Below, one piece after another: positions 51,150 through 60,654 of a DNA stretch of 64,000 nt. Numbering within the stretch: position 1 is the stretch's first letter; the number at the start of each line of letters is the position of its first letter. A program made the translations under genes and the position numbers. The notes under the pieces are model-generated. The model was not told the DNA's origin. It was given only the letters and a program-made list of their open reading frames with translations, and did no database searches. Source of the DNA: an uncultured Planctomycetaceae bacterium (GTDB lineage Bacteria > Planctomycetota > Planctomycetia > Pirellulales > PALSA-1355); NCBI GenBank assembly GCA_963785305.1, contig CAWAUV010000007.1, forward strand, positions 928,001-992,000, written 5' to 3'.

Positions 51150-52400
51150 CAGGGTCGCTCATTCTTTCAAGATGCCGAGTCTGGTGAGGAGGCGGTCGAC
51201 TCGGGCGGCGTTTTCTCGCAGAGTTTGGGCGATTTGGGTGCAGCCTAGCGATCGTAGGAGGGTAAGGCCCGCATTGCGGAGCGTGCTGAACGCCTGGGGC
51301 GCGCTGCCCTTGCGGATTCGGCAGGCGTCCTCGCCCAGAACCACGTCGCGAACCCAGTGGGACTTGTTTTCGATGCCCCAGTGCCCGCGCCACCAGCCCA
51401 GCAGGTCGGCGGCCGAGCCTTTGGGTCGTGGCGCGCTGGAAATGGCATACGCCACTTCGTGGGTCTGAATGCCCTTGCGCCAGGTCGTGCGGTCGAGTCG
51501 GCAGACCTGCTCCAGGCCGGGCCAATCCAAGTGCTTCGCCAACCGGGTCGAAGCTTGCAGAGAGCGATGTTCTCGCCGGCCGTGTCCCTTGTTCAACGTT
51601 TCGGCGACATCGAGATGGGATTGGCGTTGCTTCTCGTTATAGGGGGGAAAAGGCCGGCTCGAACTCGGCGGCGATGGCCTGCATTAGAGTCGGCTGATTG
51701 TCTTTGACCACCAGGAGATAATGCCCGCCGCCGTCGATGATTTTCTGGCAGATCTCGCGCTGACACAGCAGGGCGTCGCCCGTGATGACGCGGCCTTTCA
51801 AGACGATCGTTTCCAAGAGTTCCGGCGCGGCGGTGATCTCGTTGGTCTTGCCATCGACTTCCATCTGACTCAAGACATAGCCGGTTTCTTGGTCGTACAA
51901 GGACAGCAGATGGGCCGTCCGTCCGTGCGCGTTCAGCACTCCGCACAGGGACTTGCCATCCATCGCGACGGCGGACAACTTTGCCTCATCCACAACCTCG
52001 CCCAGTTGCGACTCGACCCATTCTCGCACGCACTGCTCTAAAATCACGGGGTCGAGGGCCAGGATCAGATCACGGAAGGCATTGGCGCAAGGAGGCTTGC
52101 GCCAATAGCCCAGCAACCACCAGATTTTTCGGTCCTGCGACGCGATCCAATCGGCGATCGCCTTGTAACCTCGGTGACCGCAAAGGATTCCGCAAACCAC
52201 GGTGGCCATCATGGCCGAGAGCGAAAAGCGTCGCCCCCGCCGCCCACGAGGATCGGGAATCCGCGACAAGAAATCGAGCAGACTCGTTGCTTCGGCAGTC
52301 GCCATGCAAGCATCTCCAGCAGAATGAAGGTGAGTGGACGCACGTACACACTTATCCTACGCGGGAGACTTCCGCTAGACTAGAACAATGATTGGCCCTG
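51150..52400 (-). mobile_element. Complete ISAs1-family insertion sequence (1251 bp)
   Basis: Imperfect TIRs CAGGGTCGCTCATT / CAGGGCCAATCATT; perfect 10-bp target duplication TTCCCGCGGC at 51140-51149 and 52401-52410. Confidence 0.92.
51159..52305 (-). CDS. ISAs1 DDE transposase, split into two frames at ~51645
   Basis: IPDPRGRRG, AMDGKSL, KTNEITA, ITGDALLCQ, VKDNQPTL | KGHGRRE, RGHWGIENKSHWVRDVVLGED. Confidence 0.92.
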
Positions 52401-52418
52401 TTCCCGCGGCGGCTCGCG

Positions 52419-52447
52419 TTGTCGGTCGGCGGCCCAAGGGTTATAAT
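52419..52447 (+). promoter_or_regulatory. Putative sigma70 promoter for the ispF-cysS-ruvC-ruvA unit
   Basis: TTGTCG-N17-TATAAT, 32 nt upstream of the ispF start. Confidence 0.6.
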
Positions 52448-52479
52448 CCTCCGCGCTGCAAAGCGACGAACCCCGCGGA

Positions 52480-52986
52480 ATGAGCACGCTTTACGGAGAC
52501 AGACCCACGCGCGGCTCTCGGATTGGAATCGGGCACGACACGCATCGGCTGGCGCCGGGCGGGCCGCTACGCCTAGGCGGAATCGACGTGGCCCACGACG
52601 CGCATGCCGTCGGGCATAGCGACGCCGATGCCTTGCTGCATGCCGTGACCGACGCGCTTTTGGGCGCGGTGGCCCTGGGCGACATCGGCGAGATGTTTCC
52701 CGATACCGATCCGGCGAACCGCAATCGCGACTCCGCCGAAATGCTACGGCTCGTGGCCGAGCGGGTCGCCCTGTGCGGCTGGCGGATCGAGAACGTGGAC
52801 TGTATCGTGTTTGCCGAACGGCCCAAGCTTTCCCCCTATAAGGATATGATTCGCGATCGCATCGCCGACATTCTGGGCATCGAGCCCGAGCGTGTCGGCG
52901 TCAAAGCCAAGACCGGGGAAGGAGTCGACGCCGTCGGTCGCCAGGAGGCGATCATGGCCCAGTGCGTGGCGCTGCTCGCCGAATAA
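52480..52986 (+). CDS. ispF: 2-C-methyl-D-erythritol 2,4-cyclodiphosphate synthase
   Basis: RIGIGHDTHRL, GHSDADALLHA, GDIGEMFPDTD, VKAKTGE. Confidence 0.96.
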   Translation: MSTLYGDRPTRGSRIGIGHDTHRLAPGGPLRLGGIDVAHDAHAVGHSDADALLHAVTDALLGAVALGDIGEMFPDTDPANRNRDSAEMLRLVAERVALCGWRIENVDCIVFAERPKLSPYKDMIRDRIADILGIEPERVGVKAKTGEGVDAVGRQEAIMAQCVALLAE

Positions 52987-53093
52987 CCGCCCGAGACCAG
53001 GAGATCGCCCGAACGCAGCGCCGGCGACGGGTGCCCCCAGCGCCGCGGGCTCCTCCAAAACGATTCGGATATCTCTTCTCGAAAGAACCTCGC

Positions 53094-54679
53094 ATGCCGA
53101 TTCGCGTTTACAACACGCTCAGCAAAACCAAGGAGCCCTTCGAGACGGTGACGCCCGGCCGCGTGGGCATCTATCTCTGCGGACCCACGGTTTACAAGCC
53201 CAGCCATATCGGCCACATGGTCGGGCCCGTGATCTTCGACGCCGTGAAGCGGTATCTCACCTACTCCGGCTATCGAGTGACGCTGGTCATCAATATCACC
53301 GATGTCGACGACAAGCTCATCAAGGAATCGCAGGCCCGGGGAATGACGATGGCCGCGCTGGCCGCGGAAATGACGGCCGATTATTCCCGCAATCTCGAGA
53401 CGATGGGCGTCGACACGGTCGACCATTTTCCCAAGGCCACCGAGAGCATCGACGAAATCATCCGGCTCACGGCCACGCTGGTCGAAAAGGGATTTGCCTA
53501 CGAATCGGCCGGCGACGTGTATTTCGATGTGCTCAAGGATCATGAATACGGCAAGCTGAGCCATCGCGACGTGGCGAGCATGCACGGCGAGGGCGGCGAC
53601 ATGGCCGACCGCAAGCATTCGGCCGCCGACTTCGCTCTGTGGAAAAGCGCCAAGCCGGGCGAACCGTCGTGGGATAGTCCCTGGGGCAAGGGCCGGCCGG
53701 GTTGGCATATCGAATGCTCGGCCATGAGCCGCCGCCTACTGGGCGAAACCTTCGATATCCACGGCGGCGGGCTCGATCTCGTGTTTCCGCATCACGAAAA
53801 CGAAATCGCCCAAAGCGAATGCTGCCACGGCAAGCCGCTGGCCAAATACTGGATGCACAACGGCCTGATGCAAGCCTCGGATGAAGTGGGCAAAGTCGGC
53901 GGTCGCAATACCCGAGCCGGCGAAAAGCCCGCGGAAGCCGTCCCGCGTCTGGGCGATCAGGCGGCCCAAGAGGCCGGCAAGATCGGCAAATCGAAAGGCG
54001 CGAGCCCCTTTACCGAGTTGCTCAAGGAGCATGCCGCCGAGACGATCCGGTTCTTCCTGCTTTCGACCCATTACCGCAGGCCGATCGACTTTGGCGACGC
54101 GCGGCTCCGCGAGGCCCACACCGCGATCGAGCAGTTCTACCGGTTCTTCAAGCGCTTTCAGCGCGTGACGAACAAGAATTTCCACGAGCTGGCCGCGCCG
54201 ACGACCCGGCAAGCCGGCGACGCGCTGGCGGCCAAGGGGGATGCGCTGCTCGAACAAGTCGCCCAACTTCGCGCTCGTTTTCTCGAAGCGATGGACGACG
54301 ACTTCAACACCGGCGGCGCCACGGCCGATCTCTTCGAGCTAGTGCGCACGCTGAACAAAACCATCGACGAGCACAATCTCGAAGCGCCCGGCAAAGCCGA
54401 CCCCGCCAGGCTCGCCGCGCTCGCGACCGGGGCCACGGTGCTCCGCGAATTGGCCGGCGTCATGGGGCTGTTTCGCAAGCCACCCCGCGAGCCGGGCGAG
54501 GGCGGCGACGCGCTGCTCGGCCAGGTGATGTCGCTCCTGATCGATCTGCGCGCCGAAGCCCGCAAGAAGAAAGACTTCGCCACGAGCGACCGGATTCGCA
54601 ACGGTTTGGCCGAGATCGGAATCGCGCTCGAAGATCGTCCCGGCGGCACCGAGTGGCAGGCGCCAGGCCGCCCGCATGA
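53094..54679 (+). CDS. cysS: Cysteine--tRNA ligase (3' end probably frameshifted; likely true stop overlaps the ruvC ATG)
   Basis: YLCGPTVY, HIGH, DFALWK, GRPGWHIECSAM, DIHGGGLDLVFPHHENE, SDRIRNGL. Confidence 0.95.
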
Positions 54680-55239
54680 CCACCCTTCGCATTCTGGGCG
54701 TCGACCCGGGATTGAACATCACTGGCTACGGGGTCTTGGAAGTCGGCGCCGGCGGAGTGCGCGTGTGCGAGGCGGGCGTCGTGCGCGGACGCTCGCGCGG
54801 CGATCTCGTGGCCCGGCTGCTCGAAATCCACGCCGGCGTGGCCGAAGTGATCGCCGCCTACAGCCCGACGGCCATGGCGCTTGAGCAACTGTATTCGCAT
54901 ATCAAGCAGCCCCGCACTTCGATCTTGATGGGCCACGCGCGGGGCGTGATCTGTTTGGCCGCCGCCCAGGCCGAGGTGCCGGTCGTGCATTATTCGGCGA
55001 CCCAAATCAAAAAGGTGCTCACCGGGGCCGGCCGTGCGCCCAAGTCGCAAATGCAGCAGGCGATCCAGCGGGAATTGAAACTGGCCAAGATGCCCGAGCC
55101 GGCCGATGTGGCCGATGCGTTGGCGGTGGCGATTTGTCATTACTATTTACAGGCGCGACGAGCTCTGGCGGCCGAAGTCAATCCGCTCAAGGCGATCGCC
55201 GCCGAGGGAGCGCGGCGCGCCGCCGCGAACGACGCGTGA
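54676..55239 (+). CDS. ruvC: Holliday junction resolvase RuvC
   Basis: [31 protein letters not shown]. Confidence 0.95.
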   Translation: MTTLRILGVDPGLNITGYGVLEVGAGGVRVCEAGVVRGRSRGDLVARLLEIHAGVAEVIAAYSPTAMALEQLYSHIKQPRTSILMGHARGVICLAAAQAEVPVVHYSATQIKKVLTGAGRAPKSQMQQAIQRELKLAKMPEPADVADALAVAICHYYLQARRALAAEVNPLKAIAAEGARRAAANDA

Positions 55240-55865
55240 TTACCAAGATTACCGGGCGCCTTTGCCGGCTCGAATCCGATGCCGCCACGCTCGCCATCGA
55301 CGCCTTCGAGCACGAAGTGTTCATTCCCGAATTCACCCGCCGCCGCTTGCAAGCGCAGCTCGGCCAAGAGGTGAGTCTCCACACGATCGAATATCTCGAA
55401 GGCAACCCGATGCAAGGCCGGCTCACGCCGCGGCTGGTCGGCTTTCTGAGCGAAGTCGAACGCGAGTTCTTCGAGCTGTTTTGCTCGGTCGACGGGGTGG
55501 GCGTGAAGAAAGCGCTCCGGGCCATGGTGCGGCCGGTGCATGAGGTGGCCACGGCCATCGAGGAGCAAGATAGCAAGACGCTCAGTGGCCTACCGGGCAT
55601 CGGCGCGGCGATGAGCGAACGCATCGTGGCCAAGCTGCGCCGCAAAGTGCCGAAGTTCGCCCTGCTCGTGGCGCGGGAAATTCCCTACGAGGCCGAAGTC
55701 GAGACCGATGTGGTGCGCGAAACCTTCGACGCTCTCCGCACGCTCGGCCACTCGGAGAGCGATGCCCGCCGGTTGATCGACGCCGCCGTGGGCCAAAAGA
55801 AGAAATACAAGGATGTGCAAGACCTGATCCAGGCCATCTATCAGCAAACCCGCGCCGGCGGCTGA
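55236..55865 (+). CDS. ruvA: Holliday junction branch migration protein RuvA
   Basis: [55 protein letters not shown] overlap with ruvC. Confidence 0.92.
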   Translation: MITKITGRLCRLESDAATLAIDAFEHEVFIPEFTRRRLQAQLGQEVSLHTIEYLEGNPMQGRLTPRLVGFLSEVEREFFELFCSVDGVGVKKALRAMVRPVHEVATAIEEQDSKTLSGLPGIGAAMSERIVAKLRRKVPKFALLVAREIPYEAEVETDVVRETFDALRTLGHSESDARRLIDAAVGQKKKYKDVQDLIQAIYQQTRAGG

Positions 55866-55906
55866 GCAGCAGGCGAGGAATAACGTCCTGATTCAAGGAC
55901 AGCCAA

Positions 55907-56022
55907 CACAAGCCTGAAGCGCCAGCGAAGTATTCCCGGCGGGCCGGTGAGGGAGTCCCGTCGCTCGCGCTCCGGGCTTGTGTGCGCGGAGGAATTCCCC
56001 TGCCGGCGCTTCGGGTGGGGAT
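55907..56022. repeat. REP-like cluster, same family as 46441-46585
   Basis: CACAAGCCTGAAGCGCCAGCGAAG at 55907 with diverged inverted copies at 55961-55982 and ~55998-56022. Confidence 0.7.
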
Positions 56023-56189
56023 GGAAAGAGCGGACCGGACGCGGCGTTTCAATCACAACCTGAAACACACCTGAGGCCAAAGGTTCTAAAGTCCCGCGTC
56101 GGGCAGACAAGCGGCGGCGGCGCCGGTACAATTTTCGACTGCCCGGCGGATTCGGGCCATCGCCCGGCGTCGGCGCTCGGGGTGACCTT

Positions 56190-56708
56190 TTGTGGGACGC
56201 GTGTGCAGTGGCAGCGACTTCGCCTCCAGATTTGCCGTTGATCGGTTGGCGCGAATGGCTCGAGCTGCCAGGACTGGGTATTGCGTACATCAAGGCCAAG
56301 GTCGACACCGGCGCTCGCAGCGCGGCGCTCCATGCGTTTGATCTCGAAGAGTTCACGAGCCCGGCCGGCGACCCGATGGTGCGGTTCAAAGTGCATCCGT
56401 TCCAGCGCGATCTGGCGACCGTGGTGGTGTGCGAAGCGCCGCTGGTCGACCGGCGTCGGGTGCGAAGCTCGCATGGAAACGAAACGCTTCGGCCCGTGAT
56501 TCGCACCACGTTGCTGCTGGCCGGCATGAATACCGAAATCGAGGTCACGCTCGCGGCCCGCGACACCATGGGTTTTCGCATGCTGCTTGGTCGCGAGGCG
56601 ATTCGCCGCCGTTTCGTGATCGACCCGAACCGATCGTTTATCACGGGCCGCCGCAAGGTTCGCCGCAAGAAAATTCGCAAGAATCGGAAGAAGAAGAGGA
56701 ATCCATGA
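56190..56708 (+). CDS. RimK-associated retropepsin-like ('ATP-dependent Zn protease') protein
   Basis: [33 protein letters not shown]; start codon uncertain. Confidence 0.88.
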   Translation: MWDACAVAATSPPDLPLIGWREWLELPGLGIAYIKAKVDTGARSAALHAFDLEEFTSPAGDPMVRFKVHPFQRDLATVVVCEAPLVDRRRVRSSHGNETLRPVIRTTLLLAGMNTEIEVTLAARDTMGFRMLLGREAIRRRFVIDPNRSFITGRRKVRRKKIRKNRKKKRNP

Positions 56709-57610
56709 AGATCGCGATCCTTTCTCAAAAAGCGTCGCTGTATTCCACTCGTCGGCTGAAAGAAGCCGGCGAGCAGCGGGGCCACGAGATGCATGTGGTG
56801 AATTACTTGCGCTGCTATATGAACATCACCTCGCACAAGCCGATGGTGGTGTATCAGGGCAAGAATCTCGAAGCGTTCGACGCGATCATTCCCCGCATCG
56901 GGGCCAGCAAGACCTTTTACGGCACGGCGGTCGTGCGGCAATTCGAAATGATGGGCACCTTTCCGGCCAATGAATCGCAGGCGATCACTCGGTCGCGCGA
57001 TAAGCTGCGCTGTCTGCAGTTGCTCGCCCGGCAAGGCATCGGCTTGCCGGTCACGGGCTTCGCCAACTCGACCAAGGACATCGATGGGCTGATCAATATC
57101 GTCAACGGGGCGCCGCTGGTCATCAAGCTCCTCGAAGGCACGCAAGGCATCGGAGTGATTCTGGCCGAAACCAACAAAGCGGCCGAAGCGGTAATCGAGG
57201 CCTTTCGCGGGCTCGACGCGAATATCTTGGTGCAGGAATTCATCAAGGAGGCGGGCGGCTCGGATATCCGGGTGTTCGTGGTGGGACAAAAAATCGTAGC
57301 CTCGATGCGACGCACCGGAGCCCCCGGCGAGTTTCGCTCGAATTTGCATCGCGGCGGCACGGCCGAAAAAATCAAGCTCACTCCCGAGGAACGAAGCACC
57401 GCCCTGAGGGCCGCCAAGGCCATGGGCCTGGCCGTGGCCGGCGTCGATCTCTTGCGATCGAACCACGGGCCGGTGGTCATGGAGGTCAACTCGTCGCCGG
57501 GCCTCGAGGGCATCGAAAAAGCGAGCGGGATCGATGTGGCCGCCGCGGTGATCAAGTACATCGAGAAGAAGGCCGCCCTCGGCAAAACCAAGGACCGCAT
57601 CCGCGGCTAG
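56705..57610 (+). CDS. rimK: Ribosomal protein S6--L-glutamate ligase RimK
   Basis: [62 protein letters not shown]. Confidence 0.96.
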   Translation: MKIAILSQKASLYSTRRLKEAGEQRGHEMHVVNYLRCYMNITSHKPMVVYQGKNLEAFDAIIPRIGASKTFYGTAVVRQFEMMGTFPANESQAITRSRDKLRCLQLLARQGIGLPVTGFANSTKDIDGLINIVNGAPLVIKLLEGTQGIGVILAETNKAAEAVIEAFRGLDANILVQEFIKEAGGSDIRVFVVGQKIVASMRRTGAPGEFRSNLHRGGTAEKIKLTPEERSTALRAAKAMGLAVAGVDLLRSNHGPVVMEVNSSPGLEGIEKASGIDVAAAVIKYIEKKAALGKTKDRIRG

Positions 57611-57666
57611 CCCATTGTGCTCCCGCGGACTAGATCGATGCCCCCTTTCATCAAGAATGATTTTCC

Positions 57667-58962
57667 ATGGCGGCTTTTGATTCTGCCGGTTCGTTTCCGC
57701 CGCTGGCCGGCCGGCCGCCGGTGCTGACCGTCTCGCAGCTTACGGCCGAGATCAAGGACGCGCTCGAGGCCACGTGGCCCGATGTGTGGGTCAGCGGCGA
57801 GATTTCGAATTTTTCCCGCCCGCAGTCGGGCCACGCCTATTTCACGCTCAAGGACGACGATGCTCAGATTCGCGCCGTCATGTGGCGTTCGACCGCCCAG
57901 CGCGTGCGATTCGATCTGGAAGACGGGCTCGAAGTCATCTGCCGCGGCGCGCTCGATGTGTATGCGCCTCGCGGCAGTTATCAATTGGTCGTATCGGCCA
58001 TGGAGCCACGCGGCTTGGGAGCGCTCGAGCAGCGGCTGCGCCAATCTGCGCGCAAGCTCGCGGCCGAGGGACTCTTCGACCCGGGGCGAAAGCGTTTGCT
58101 GCCGCGCTTTCCGCGCCGGATCGCCGTGGTCACAAGTCCCACCGGCGCGGCGGTGCGCGACTTTTTGGAAGTGATTCGCCGTCGCTGGCGCGGGGTCGAT
58201 GTGCTGGTCGTGCCCACGCCGGTGCAAGGCGAAGGCGCCGCCGCCAAGATCGCCGCCGCCATCGGCGCCGTGAATCGCATGTCGCTCTCGGTCGATGTGC
58301 TGGTCGTGGCTCGCGGCGGCGGGAGCCTCGAAGACCTGTGGGCTTTCAACGAAGAAGCCGTGGTGCGGGCGATCCATGCCTCGCGAATTCCGGTCGTCTC
58401 GGGCGTGGGCCACGAGATCGATGTCACGCTGGCCGATCTCGTGGCCGATGTTCGCGCGCTCACTCCGAGCGAGGCGGCCGAACGCGTCGTGCCGGCGATG
58501 GACGAAGTGGCGTCGCTGCTCGACCGCCAGCGCCGGCGGCTCGCGACGGCCCTCGCCACTCGGGCGGCGAGGGCCCGAATGCGACTCGATCACTTGGCCA
58601 GCCGGCGACCCTTTGCCCATCCGCTCGACGGCGTGCATGCTTTGGCCCAGCGGCTCGATGAACTTTCGGCCCGGGCAACGCGAGCGGTGCAAACTCGCCT
58701 GACGCGACTGCGCGACGCGGCCAACGCGCGCTCGCGGCAGATCGAGGCGCTGAGTCCCTTGGCGGTGCTCGCGCGCGGCTATAGTCTGACTCGGAAGATC
58801 GCGTCGGCGGGGGACGAGGGCCACGAGGCTGGCGAGGCGTCGGCCGCGAACGGCGTGCTGGTGCGCGGCGCGGCGCAGTTGGCCGTGGGCGATCGCTTGC
58901 GGAGTCGCTTTGCCCAGGGCGAGGCGATCAGTCGTGTCGAGCAAGTGATCGAAAAAGCGTAA
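57667..58962 (+). CDS. xseA: Exodeoxyribonuclease VII large subunit
   Basis: VWVSGEISNF, SGHAYFTLKD, VTSPTGAAVRD, ARGGGSLEDLWAFNEE, GVGHEID. Confidence 0.96.
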   Translation: MAAFDSAGSFPPLAGRPPVLTVSQLTAEIKDALEATWPDVWVSGEISNFSRPQSGHAYFTLKDDDAQIRAVMWRSTAQRVRFDLEDGLEVICRGALDVYAPRGSYQLVVSAMEPRGLGALEQRLRQSARKLAAEGLFDPGRKRLLPRFPRRIAVVTSPTGAAVRDFLEVIRRRWRGVDVLVVPTPVQGEGAAAKIAAAIGAVNRMSLSVDVLVVARGGGSLEDLWAFNEEAVVRAIHASRIPVVSGVGHEIDVTLADLVADVRALTPSEAAERVVPAMDEVASLLDRQRRRLATALATRAARARMRLDHLASRRPFAHPLDGVHALAQRLDELSARATRAVQTRLTRLRDAANARSRQIEALSPLAVLARGYSLTRKIASAGDEGHEAGEASAANGVLVRGAAQLAVGDRLRSRFAQGEAISRVEQVIEKA

Positions 58963-59033
58963 CGGGTTCTTTTCATTGAATTTTGTCGCCGCTCGCCCCC
59001 AACGAGGCCGCGAGCCGCGAGGAGCAAGCGTTT

Positions 59034-59483
59034 ATGGCAGGCGATGCAAACAGTTCGGCGGCGACGCCCACCTTCGAGGAAGCGCTCGCGCGGCTCGAGA
59101 CCGTGACGCTCGCGCTCGAAGAGGGCCGCATCGGGCTGGCCGAAAGCTTGGCCTGCTATGAAGAAGGCATCAAGCTCTTGCGACAATGTTATGGTCTGTT
59201 GGAAAAAGCCGAACAGCGTATCGAACTGCTCAGCCGCGTGAGCGTGGCTGGCGAGGCCACGACCGAGCCGTTTGGCGAACCCTCGCAATCGCTCGAAGAA
59301 AAAACCGCGCAGCGGAGCCGCCGCCGCTCCAGAAAGCCAGCCGCCGCCGAGTCGCCGTCTGGCGTCGCGGGGGGCGCCGAAGCGCCATCGCCGGCTTCCG
59401 ACATGCCCGACCCCTCGAGCCAACCCTCCGAAGCCACGGGCGAAGAAGCTCGGGACGACGAGCATCCCCGTTCGTTGTTCTAA
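59034..59483 (+). CDS. xseB: Exodeoxyribonuclease VII small subunit with a disordered C-terminal extension
   Basis: TFEEALARLE..LEEG.IGLAESLACYEEGIKL..C...LEKAEQRI. Confidence 0.92.
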   Translation: MAGDANSSAATPTFEEALARLETVTLALEEGRIGLAESLACYEEGIKLLRQCYGLLEKAEQRIELLSRVSVAGEATTEPFGEPSQSLEEKTAQRSRRRSRKPAAAESPSGVAGGAEAPSPASDMPDPSSQPSEATGEEARDDEHPRSLF

Positions 59484-59759
59484 TTGCGCGGCGATCGGTC
59501 GGCGGCGGCCGGCGCGGGGGAAATCTGGACCCGGTGAGTGCGCGAATGCCGGTCGCGCAAAGTTTAACGGCCGAAATTGAGCGATCTGGCCGCGCTTTGT
59601 GGTTTTATGCCGAAATCCGGGCTTGAGCTTGGCTTTCCGGATTCGGCTCGGGAATTTACAATACCGTCAGCCGGGGGCGGCTCGCGGCGCCCGGCCCGAG
59701 TTCATAGCGCGACGGATCTCGGGGTCTGTCCGCCTTTTCACGCTTCGTTGAGCTGATGC

Positions 59760-60653
59760 ATGGCAATCACGGATACACCGTTCGAAGCTCACGCCGCCAC
59801 CCTTCGCTCCGAGATCGATCGGACTCTCGACGCTTACACGCGATTCGACTCCGGATGCCCCGACTCGCTACGGGAGGCCATGCGCTATAGTCTGCTCGCG
59901 CCGGGCAAGCGGCTGCGGCCGACTTTGGTGCTTTTGGCCGTGGAAGCCTGCGGCGCATCGCCGGCCGGGGCGCTGCCCGCGGCGGCGGCGGTCGAGATGA
60001 TCCACGCCTATTCGCTCATCCACGACGATTTGCCGGCGATGGACGACGACGACCTGCGGCGCGGCCGGCCCACATGCCACAAAGCGTTTGACGAAGCCAC
60101 CGCGATTCTCGCGGGCGACGCGCTCCTGGCCCTGGCCTTCGAAGTGCTGGCTCGCGAGCTTGAGCCGGGCGCCGTGGCGGCCGAGTGTTGCCGCATTCTG
60201 GCGCGAGCCGCCGGGGCCACGCAACTCGTCGGCGGACAGGCCGACGACCTCCAGGCCGAATTCTCCCCCGGCGACCTCAAGACGCTCGAATCGATCCATG
60301 CTCGCAAGACCGGGGCGATGATCGAGGCGTCGCTCGAATTGGGGGCTGTCGTGGCCGGCGCTGATTCCGCGGCTCGCGCCGCGCTCGGCGTGTATGGTCG
60401 CTGCTTGGGCCTCGCCTTTCAAATCACCGACGACCTGCTCGATGTGCGCGGCGACGCCACGGCGGTGGGCAAGCGAGTCGGCAAGGATTCGCATCGCGGC
60501 AAAGTCACGTTTCCCGGGGTGCTCGGCATTGATGAAAGTGTTCGCCGAGCCGAACAATTGATCGGCCAGGCCGCGGCGGCGATCGCGCCGTTGGGGCCCT
60601 CGGCCGCGGGCTTGGAAGCCCTGGCGCGCTATGTTCTGGAAAGGAATCACTGA
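59760..60653 (+). CDS. ispA: Polyprenyl (farnesyl diphosphate) synthase
   Basis: GKRLRP, SLIHDDLPAMDDDDLRRG, GGQADD, AFQITDDLLD. Confidence 0.93.
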   Translation: MAITDTPFEAHAATLRSEIDRTLDAYTRFDSGCPDSLREAMRYSLLAPGKRLRPTLVLLAVEACGASPAGALPAAAAVEMIHAYSLIHDDLPAMDDDDLRRGRPTCHKAFDEATAILAGDALLALAFEVLARELEPGAVAAECCRILARAAGATQLVGGQADDLQAEFSPGDLKTLESIHARKTGAMIEASLELGAVVAGADSAARAALGVYGRCLGLAFQITDDLLDVRGDATAVGKRVGKDSHRGKVTFPGVLGIDESVRRAEQLIGQAAAAIAPLGPSAAGLEALARYVLERNH

Positions 60654-60654
60654 G

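Noticed and set aside
54680..54884. CysRS C-terminal extension overlapping ruvC
   Set aside because: Read-through from a probable indel after GGTEW; the extension is a shadow of ruvC.
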